Source of the DNA: Iphione sp. A-MEVVRFRX5
Lineage: Eukaryota
Assembly: GCA_976226885.1 (NCBI GenBank)
Contig: OZ320314.1
Span: 95,046,001 to 95,110,000 of the forward strand
Length of the DNA: 64,000 nucleotides
Reading direction: 5' to 3'
Below, piece by piece: positions 23,737-33,270 of the stretch. The first letter of the stretch is position 1; each line of letters opens with the position of its first letter. Position numbers and translations under genes: made by a program. The notes under the pieces are model-generated. The model worked only from the letters and a program-made list of their open reading frames with translations, did not search any database and was not told the DNA's origin.

Positions 23737-25608
23737 CTATTCCTTCGCTACTGAAACAGTCCGTAGGGCCGATCGAACCTTTTCAAGTATAGCACCTAGC
23801 CAGTTACTACCCGTCCGCTCAGTCTTACTAGGGTCAAAACCTCTCAGCGTCACGCCTACCCCCCATTTTCTATCCAATGAGGCTTCGTAGATTTGGCGCT
23901 CACCTGTAGAGAGGAGGGTCTTTCTAGCTGATTGACACTGTGTAAACTTGGACACTAATATTTTCGTCATGGTCTCTTGGGCTTTCGCGTCGGTCCACAG
24001 TGGGAGGTCGTTGAGGGCCTTTGTTTTACGAGGGATTAGTGTGGGGTCGTCAATGGACATTATTTCATTAGCAAGGTCATTGCGTCCTACTGCCAGTGCG
24101 ACTTTGGTTTTGTAGGCATGTTCTACTGTTTTGTATTTGACTCCTTCATGCTCGAATGGAGCCCCAAACATGTTCGATAGGGGGTGATTTTTCCCATAGA
24201 ATGCAATGCTGGTGTCTGTTGTGGTCTCTGAGGCCCTTTGGAGGGACAGCCCCTCAGGTAGACGGTGTAGCATTTTAGGAGTATAAACTGACCCTGAAAT
24301 TGTCAGTTTGTTGCCTTCAAGTCGAGTGTCGTACTTCAATCTTTTTGCCAAGTGAAACACACTTCTGAGTTCACCCCTGCCTACCCTATCACTCTGCGGT
24401 AGATCTTCATTCACCCAAACCCCACGTAGAGTTTTTAGGTTTGCTCTACCTGCTAATATCCTTGATCTGGTGTTGTTTTTAATGAATCGGACTTTTACAT
24501 CTCGTGTGTTGCTACCAGTTTTCGTACCTAACCTGTAACACGAGTCCATGTTTGCAGGGGAGAACATTGGATCTGCTAGCACAAAGATTTCACACACCCT
24601 CGTCCAAAGTCTCTGGGGGGATTCGCCTCCCTCCTCAATCAAACCTGTGATGATTAGGTTCAATTGCCTACTCTCTCTCTCGAGCTTGTCAACTAGACCT
24701 TTCATTGTTTTGAGTTCATTGGACATGATATTACGTTTGAATTGGTCAACATTGGACAAATCACCTTTGTCATCCAATCTTGCCTTTAGCTCTGAGTTTT
24801 CGATTTCTAATTTTGATAGACGTTCATTACATGTCTTGAGAGAGCCCTCTAATCCTGCTATTTGGTCAGTATTCTTTTGGATCCCTGCCTTTAGATTCCC
24901 ACAAAGTTCTTTCATCTCTTGCATATGGGAACTCATCGTTTCATTAAAAGTTGTTAGTGATGAAGCTAGCTCAGTTTTTATTTCAGCTAGCATACCCTGG
25001 ACTACGAGCGTTGGTACATCTTCATTAGGACTTGAGCATTTGATCCCTGTTAGAATACTTAATACCTCATCATGGGCAGTATCCGATTTGGATAGTACAA
25101 GTGGTGAGGTTTCCCTAGCTTTTTTGTTCTCCTGTGTTTCTAAAATGGGGCTAATGTCCTTCCGTTTGAAACTACATGTTGGAGTTGCTATGGCGGATAC
25201 CTCAGTTTGTGTCTGGATTTCCCTTTTTGCTAGAGATTGCAACTGTGAGTGTAGGCTTCTCTCTACCACATTTTTCTCAATATCTGCTAATAACTCAGAC
25301 TGGTTTGGGGTTTCGCTAGACCCTTCTTCTCCGTTAGACGGGGTGGGTTCGCTGTTGACAACACTCACACTCATATGATGGTCAGGGTCATTTTGAGAAA
25401 TTGTAATAGGTTTGTCAGGGTCTGTAGGGGGAATTGCTGTTGTTTTATCTGTCCCGGTCAGTTTGTTCTCAGTCGGTAATGTTTTCTCAATTTCTTCTGC
25501 CTTCACACATACCTGCGTAGGTTTGCATGCTAGAACTTGGTCAGCGTACGCTAGTGCAGACTGAATCGAGGTGTCTATTAATAGGCTGTCCTCGTACGTT
25601 AGACTCAT
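23737..25608 (-). CDS. LINE ORF1p: disordered N-terminus, coiled coil, L1-like RRM/CTD and C-terminal NADAR (YbiA/DUF1768) domain, 623 aa
   Basis: Heptad-rich segment (about 24990-24670). RRM motifs NLIITGLIE, SCYRLG, RDVKVRF, VWVNEDL (about 24665-24400). CTD LEGNKLTISGSVY. NADAR motifs IAFYGKNHPLSN, TVEH, SKFTQ, LLSTG, EASLDRKWGVG, GSNWLGAILEKVR (about 24207-23760). First ATG at 25608; the track starts at an upstream TTG, 25635. Confidence 0.9.
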   Translation of the reverse strand: MSLTYEDSLLIDTSIQSALAYADQVLACKPTQVCVKAEEIEKTLPTENKLTGTDKTTAIPPTDPDKPITISQNDPDHHMSVSVVNSEPTPSNGEEGSSETPNQSELLADIEKNVVERSLHSQLQSLAKREIQTQTEVSAIATPTCSFKRKDISPILETQENKKARETSPLVLSKSDTAHDEVLSILTGIKCSSPNEDVPTLVVQGMLAEIKTELASSLTTFNETMSSHMQEMKELCGNLKAGIQKNTDQIAGLEGSLKTCNERLSKLEIENSELKARLDDKGDLSNVDQFKRNIMSNELKTMKGLVDKLERESRQLNLIITGLIEEGGESPQRLWTRVCEIFVLADPMFSPANMDSCYRLGTKTGSNTRDVKVRFIKNNTRSRILAGRANLKTLRGVWVNEDLPQSDRVGRGELRSVFHLAKRLKYDTRLEGNKLTISGSVYTPKMLHRLPEGLSLQRASETTTDTSIAFYGKNHPLSNMFGAPFEHEGVKYKTVEHAYKTKVALAVGRNDLANEIMSIDDPTLIPRKTKALNDLPLWTDAKAQETMTKILVSKFTQCQSARKTLLSTGERQIYEASLDRKWGVGVTLRGFDPSKTERTGSNWLGAILEKVRSALRTVSVAKE

Positions 25609-26718
25609 TATCGCCCAGTCGTCCTTCGCCGTCAAGTGAAATGTTCAAAAAATGTTGGATTGCGGTCAAAAAATGAGCAAATGTCATATAGAGTAAGGTT
25701 GAGATGTAGCTGGAGTGATTACCTTATCATTTCCTTCCTTGGGATTGTCCTAGGTCTGTCCTGTTTCGGTTATAGATAGAGAAAATGCAGCTCAGCTCGC
25801 TCTGCACGTCCTACCACTCCGCCGCCATGCCTGTGTTTTTGAGACACTCTATTCCGGTTTTAGATTGTGTCCATCTGTCCGCTTCCCATCTAAACCAACA
25901 GTAGGGTTGTCAAGGATCAACATTACCACAGGTTTAATTTCTATGCCCCGGCGGTAGTGGTGCGCTCCGCGGGTTTCAATGTCAGAGAGGGTGGATGACA
26001 CTAAAATAAGTCAAAGCAACCCTATCACTGGGAGCAGGTGCCACGCTGGGCAAACTGCGCTAAAACCTAATGTAATAGAGAGTTTTGACATGGATTCTAT
26101 ATATTGAAAAAAAGGTAAAACATCTTAACAAGGCCTAGGCCGCTTGACAGGGAAGTCAGTAGGGGTGTGTATATTAGAGTCGAGGTCAAAAAGGGCCGAA
26201 AGTTCTCGCGTGGCGCGTCTGGAAGAGGGCAGGTGCTGATGCCGGTGCCAGGGCCGGATCTTCCTTGATCGCCTCCAGGTGTAGGGCTAAAGGGGATGGG
26301 GCTGTCCGTATAATAGGAGCCTCCTGCGGCTCTCACCTCAGGACGGGGCTCAACAAGGGGTCGCCGACGGCACCCGTGTCGGCAGTGGTGGGGTCGGGAA
26401 GAGAGGCGGTGGCGGCGGCGACGGCGGCGGCGGCAGCAGCAGGTTCGCACCGTGTAGCCTGGATGGCCAACTCATGCGGGTTACTGTATACCTGTTGCCG
26501 TCGGCCGCATCTCTGACGACCTGGCCTCTTCTATTAAAAAGGAGTTTGGGAGATAGGAAACGGCCGGTTTCGCTTTCCCCCCGAGCTTCCCAACATGTCC
26601 ATCACCTGAATATCTTACATCACCCCTTACAGCCCCGCGAATATGGTCCCAATCAGTTCTGTATTTACCGGTATTTTGTTGAATATATAACTCTGCTCAT
26701 GGGTGTAACACGTGCGGC

Positions 26719-26739
26719 TTTTTTTTTTTTTTTTTTTTT
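26719..26739. repeat. Poly-T tract (T21) followed by AAAA
   Basis: GCGGC-T21-AAAAG read directly. Confidence 0.95.
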
Positions 26740-28299
26740 AAAAGATATACATGTACATGTAGTTTGTTTTCAAGTCCGCCACTGAGAAGCTAAATCTATA
26801 GATTGTAACGTGACAAAGTGCTCCTAATTTGCATAGCTTTCGGAGTCTATTAGTCTATGGGAGTACTTTGAATGACTTAAATGATTCTAGATCGAGAGAG
26901 ATGCCGTATCAAAAGTATTGTTATTCAATACACAACCCCATCGCTTTTTTTCAGAGCTAGAAAGTGGCAGATTAAGAGCCTTGCATTACGAGCATAATAA
27001 GGTCGAAGTGTCTACGTCACGTTACATTAAAGGACGACCAAAAGGTTAACTCACAACATTTGTATTTTGTAGTCACTATAATACAGTGGAGAACAAGTGC
27101 CTAATTGAATTCGACATGCACTGCCAGATTGTGTTAGACATGATTTTCGGGATTCGGTCTCATCCTAAGCACTTGCCATCCTAACGAACACCCGCCATTG
27201 ACAACAAGCCACCATTTAGCACCGTGTTTTATTATATAAAAAGGGACTCCATGTACATGCAGACAGGTAGGGGTTATCTCCTGTACGTCGGTTTAATATA
27301 ATAAATGGCGATACAAAGGTCAAAGCGGCCTCTGCTTTCATACACGTGCTACTCTCCTGCATATATTCACGGGGGTTTGCTGCCCTCTGTGTTGACAGAC
27401 ACACATGCTCAGACCATACCACTTGCAACTCAAAAAGTCCACCGCTAAATGCCAGAAATAACAAGGAAACCAGAAAAATCAAAGGAAATGTGTTCGCTAC
27501 GAAATAAACCTCACTCCTGGAAACGATATATGTTGACAGTAGATAAACCACTGTAACCATGGCCAGGTACGAAAGGGTTGTCCAGGCACCTTTTCTCCCT
27601 TCTTTTTTTGTCTCAGTTGATTTTCACTGGACAGACAGCTTACTCCATGCTTTGAGTCATTCTAATTTTGCTTTCTTGTTAGTTTTAAAAAGGTGTTGTG
27701 AGTACATGTACATCCCACACAAAATGAAACCGACTGGTTAGAAATGAATGCCACTCCTCCATATGCTGTTGCTTCTCTCAAATTCTATTTTTCCCCTCTT
27801 CTCCATTTTCTCCCTTTTTTCTATTTCCATTTCTATCTAAACCGTGGCACAAGTAACTACACACGTGTCTGTTTGAGTCTGCCCTTCTGTGATGAGGCAA
27901 GGTTAGGCTTAGGGGTGTATTGCGCGTCAACTACGGCGTCCTGGAATTGATGCATGCTGAAATATAACCAATGCAAAATGTATACCCTAGACAAAAAAAC
28001 ATACCAAAGGTAATACACATACTCTATTATTTGCTGCGACACTGTAGAAATACTGCACTTGAATAGGTGATATTTATACGACCACGTTCGGCAAACTATA
28101 TATAAACTCATACGGCACATTACCAGTATTTCAAAATGGTGGACGTGTCAATTTGATGATATGGCTAAATATGAGACAGAATTAATTGACTATAGCATAT
28201 ACATATGCATATACATAAATATTTTACCCTGACAGTGAAGCTATTTTAAGGCTAAGACTAAATTTGCATGTGCCCAAGTATCATGTAATGTGTTCTAGC

Positions 28300-29520
28300 C
28301 CTGTGAAGTGCCATGAAAAGTTCCCATTCCAAACACACATACACGTCCGTGAAAACATGAAAGAATGGGGCACGTTTCATTCCAAAAACTTACCAGTACG
28401 TTTAGATACAGTACATGGTACGTGGTAAACACATACACGAAAACAGTCCAGTAGTTAAGCACATGCAGTTCCAAAAAAGAGGGGTTCATCATTTTTACCC
28501 ACGGAACGTTTTGCCGAGGTACATTGTTCATGTCCTCCAATTAACATGGAGACCTCTCTTCACCGTAACTTTCACTTAGCTTGTAGTCCTATATCTTTCG
28601 ATTGTAACACATCTAAATACATGTACATGGTGTAATTGCAATAGCAACTGGAATTCAAAAGCACCTTTTCCATTCAGAGCATGGTCCTTTCAGAATTTTA
28701 AGGTAGCATTCCCATTAAATTCTTTACATATGTTCACGATAGAACTATGTATATATGGGGATATATATAGCCCTCTCTCCCGGAAAGCCTAGCATACGCT
28801 GGGCACCATTTTGTTCTGGTGTGAAACAAATGATTTCGCCCTAAATCAAAGTAAGAGGAAATACATATATATATATCTAAGTTTTGGCAACGCAAGGGCG
28901 TTTGACATTGACCTGAGAATAAAATATGTAAAGTTACAGAAGGCAAGAGAATTTTATTACCTGGAATTTATTCTGGATTAGAAGTTAACTTCTAGGAGCA
29001 GTATTTATAATAAAGCTATAAGATCAACTCGAAGGCCTTCATAATTTGACGGTCAAAGTCGCTCATAAATGTGCCTTTGTCAAAGTAATTTTTTATTCTT
29101 TTCCTATGCCTCACTCACTAGAGGTTCAGTACCTGGTACGTGCACAAGGCAGGTCTATTAGACTAATTGGAGAATGAAAGGATGGTGTTCTAAGAGAGTT
29201 AAAAATGAGTGCCTGGTCAACCATGATGTGATGAATATTAAACTTAGAATGTACTAATACCTGGGTTTATTTATGTATGATATTAATTTGCAAAGACGCG
29301 GCAAGAGCTCCTCTTTCTCTCTCCGTCATGCAAATCTATGTATGATATGTCCTACTTGAATATCTATAGGCTTATGAGAAACTCAATAACCAGGAACGGA
29401 TGAAAAGAGAGACTAGCTGCTGGCAGAGAGGCCGATGACACGTTCATGTCTGTGTATAAAGCCACATCTATGTTGGGATTACGTATAGGAACAAGCTTCA
29501 TTTTGCTGAAGTTCATTAGA
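28300..29520 (+). mobile_element. Old, heavily mutated LINE RT/3' remnant related to the 30119-33270 element
   Basis: Plus-strand peptides FTYVHDRTMYIWG (cf. LMYADDITIYTWG), FWCETNDFALNQSKRKY and LQKAREFYYLEFILD*KLT. 28800-28890 is a diverged reverse-complement match to 31136-31210. Confidence 0.55.
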
Positions 29521-30118
29521 CAACACAAAAATGTTTATTAAAGATATGGATTGAATATCGCATTCCGAATGTCCATATTATTAATGTATTGTATTTTGTT
29601 GCGTCGCTAATACATTTTGACATGCAAGTTTCTGTATGACAATTTTGGTGCGGCGTGTGAAAAACATCACAATGTGATGACTCTGTTTGCTCAATAAACT
29701 ATTAAATATAACAGAAGAACCAGTTGGTATTTTTTGAGACTCTCACACATCGTAAGAAGCTAACGTCTTTCTAGAAGACTCCATCCACTCGACATTTTGT
29801 GTCACGACTTCTGTGACCTCTCAGAGCCAATCTCTGGAGCCATTTTCAGTCAGATGGTGTCGGCTAAACCCGAAACCCGTGCACTTCCTTAATAGTCCCC
29901 ACATGCGTATTGGTATCATTTTCTGTGATAGTGTTATTTCCTCTGGTGCTTGACATTTCGTGAAGTCCCTCAGATGAACTCCTTCTTATGAACACAAGGT
30001 CCTCATTATTGAATGAAGTTTATACTCTAAAGTTGTACAGAGTTAATTCTTTAGAATTCTGTCCGTCCTTCTGGTGTCCTGTTAAGTGGTCTTTTTGCGA
30101 AAAAGGAGTATACTAGGG

Positions 30119-33100
30119 TTGATTGATTGATTGATTTGTTTATTGAGCAACAAATTCATCTCAGTACAGGATGTTTAGCAGATGCTACTCAGGTTGAAAA
30201 CGCAGTTAACTATGATACATAATTTGAATATGAAAAGGATAATACATTACAACAATATATCAACTCGGTTGATAGTAACCTGTTGACACTACTCATTGTC
30301 CTTTATAGTGCATGGACTGATTTCTGTCAACATAGCATGCCATAGCAGTCAGATGAGTAACCAACTTACTTGTCCTTTATTATGCATGGACTGATCGTAG
30401 TCTACATAGCATTGTCCACATAGGAAGTTAGTTAACCTCTACGCTCTTTATGTTCGCATTACAGAAAAAGGGGTGTCATTTACAGCTCCCATCTATTCAG
30501 ATCATCTCGTGACTTTAAATACTGCTTAAAGCTAGTTTTGTTCTTCAGCCTCATCCCCGGTGTGAGGGCATTCCATCTCACGGCCCCTTGGTAGTAAAAA
30601 CTACATCTCATCTGGGATGTTATGGGCTTCTTTAGTGGTAGGCGCGGTGCCCCGCTCAGTCTAGTGTTGCGGCCAGCACTATAGCTGCCTTGGTGAGCTG
30701 CAATGAGATCGAACATTGTTAGATACTGGTAATATTTTGCCCTTGATGATAAGGACCTGATGCCTACACTTTTTAACCATTCAGCTGTTCGAGTTTGGGA
30801 CAAAGGCAACCTAGGTAGTGATCTTTGTGCACATTTAATAAAGCAATTTTCTAATCGTCCCCAGTTGAAATTTGTGGCGTAACTCTCAAATACTAAGCTA
30901 TAATCCAGAATCGAAAGGGCACATGCATTGAATAGCATAAGATGAAGTTTAAGGCTCAAATAGCCCTTAGCTCTCCTTAACAAGAATGTCACAGAGTTCA
31001 GTTTCTTAATTTTTTTGTCTATGGACATTTTAAAACTCAATGACGTATCTAAGGTAAATCCTAAGAAACTGAACTGCGAGACCTTCTCAATTTCTTGACC
31101 ACTTATCTCCAAACTAAGGTCAAATGGGGCTGCTTGTCCAAAACACATATATTTGCATTTATTTTGATTTAGGACAAAACCATTACTGTTACACTAAGAC
31201 ACGATGTTGGTCAGTGTTGAGCCTTTTTTGCGAGGGCCCACGCACTGCTCCCCCAAGTGTAAATTGTTATATCATCCGCATACATCAGAATTTTGGAGGG
31301 GAAGCAGTGCAGGGCTAAATCATTTATTGTTATCAAAAACAACCATGGACCCAGTATGGAGCCCTGCGGGACTCCATAACTGGTAGATCGAGTCGATGAA
31401 GTTGGCCCATTGCATACTACCTGTTGTGATCGGCCTTCGAGGTAGGAGGTTAGCCATCTAAGTACATCTCCCTGAAACCCATAATTGTGCAATTTAACTA
31501 GTGCTAGATCATGACGAACTAAATCAAAGGCCTTGCTCATGTCTAGATATGTGCACGTTACGTAACGGCCCATATCTAGGTCTGTGTAGATTTCCTTTAG
31601 CAGAGATGCGCAAGCCAGATTTGTACACTTTCCTTCAACTAATCCGAATTGCTGTTCAGAGATCACCTTGTTGAGGCCTGCAAAACTTGATAATTGTTTC
31701 AGCACAATCTTTTCGGCAATTTTCCCTACTGCCGGGAGAATGCTAACAGGTCGGTAATTTTTACAATCAGAATGGGCTCCCCTCTTGAATAGGGGAGTGA
31801 TTGTACCCATCTTCCAGGCACTAGGGAAGACCCCCTCAGTAAGCGACCTATTTAGCAGATTGGTGAAATAGACCACTTTAATTGACAGGAGATCTTTAAG
31901 GATACGCATACTTACTCCCTTGATGCCCGACGGTTTTGAGTCCTTTTGCGCTCTGATTAGTTTACTGACCTCACTGCATGTTACCATATTGAACTTTCCC
32001 ATAGGGGGGTGGGATGGGGATGACTCAATTGGCTTATCTACTAATGTCTTTGCCACAACGGAACTAACCGTGTCAACAAAATAGTCATTCAGCACCTCAC
32101 AGACTTCCTCCCCTTCCACGCTGCAGTTGCCTAGTTGGAGTGATACCTTGGCAGAATCTTTCTTCTTGCCCAGCACTATCTCGTTCATTGATTCCCATAA
32201 CTTCCCAGGATTATCAAGGTTTCTTACAATTCGTTCTCTTGCTTTTACTTTCTTGATCTTCCTAAACTCATAATTGAAGAGATTACGGTAAAAACTGTAC
32301 ATCCTTTTGTAGTCAATATTCTTGGTTTTGAGATAGCAGCGCCTAAAATAATCCCTTTCTTTTTGCAAGAACTTGGCCCTGGGGGTTAGTGTTATACCTT
32401 CCCGGTATTTCACCTCGCGTGTTTTTACTGGTGCTAACATATCTAATACCCTTGTCGCATTATCTTGTAGCTGTGTCCACATACTGTCCACTGTATCAGT
32501 CGGTTCCCAGTCACAGCTCTCAAGAGCATTCTCGAAAGCGGCATAAGAGTAGCTAGTGTATAATCGTGCATTGTAAGTGTCTCTAATAGATTTCGATTTT
32601 TGTTTTTTAAACTTAGCAAAAAATTGGAATGTGGTCGCTCCCATCCCAAATAACTGTATAGGAGTCATAAACATCTTGATCGTTAGTGATTATGTGATCC
32701 AGACAAGCATGTCTATCAAGTGTCGGACCGTGGATCAACTGTCTCTATGACGAACAGTTTATCATTCCCTTTAGTTGAGTGAGTTTTGCATCCTTGTCCA
32801 ACCAATTTACGTTGAAGTCCCCCAATACTGTCACTAGTTCTCTCCCACTTGAATTTACACAGTTAATGCTTTCTTCAAGCCTGTCTAGGAAATTTCATAT
32901 GGGTGTGTCCAGTCGGCGGTAGACTATGTAAATAAAGCGACTCCGACGCTCGCCTGGCTTCACCTTTATACAAAGGACATCACTGTTTTTGTCCAACCAT
33001 GAGTGGTTTTCATCCACTGTATATTTGAACGACGAGGCCACATAAATTCCCACACCTCCCCCGATTTTTCTACCTGTTTCCTCTCTGTCCATGTCCTGCC

Positions 33101-33270
33101 TTGTAGGGTTGCGGAAATCTCCTTTTTGTATCGTTCGATGTAAAATGTATTTGTAGGAATCAACTTATGTACATCAGATGTGCATGATCAATGTCATATT
33201 TCAGCAACTTCTTTCGTTTCAGAACTGGTTGTCTTCCAATTGAAAAGCGGTTAGGAATCTACAGAATAAA
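30119..33270 (-). mobile_element. Degenerate CR1/L2-group LINE (APE-RT ORF2 broken by frameshifts) with AATAAA-(CAAT)n tail
   Basis: APE fragments DREETGRKIGGGVGIYV and IVYRR (32895-33163). RT ORF 31211-32674 with YRPVSILP, DMSKAFD, GVPQGSILGPWLF, YADD. C-terminal ORF 30480-31148 ending YYQGAVRWNAL...SFK. 3' end AATAAACAAATCAATCAATCAATC at about 30119-30145. Confidence 0.9.

Larger units (their letters stand above)
19350..25830 (-). mobile_element. Full-length, apparently intact tricistronic non-LTR retrotransposon (CR1/L2 group, Crack/Daphne-like)
   Basis: Three uninterrupted co-oriented ORFs (25608-23737, 23732-23040, 22493-19647). 274-nt 3'UTR with AATAAA just before an A23 tail (T-run 19350-19372). 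GCATGGCGGCGG start-like motif at about 25830. The 5' boundary is uncertain and may extend to 26718. Confidence 0.9.

Noticed and set aside
24548-25378. 276-aa plus-strand ORF (also 21220-21657, 20962-21195, 23333-23686)
   Set aside because: Antisense shadows of the LINE ORFs; Ser/Leu/Phe-rich with no motifs.
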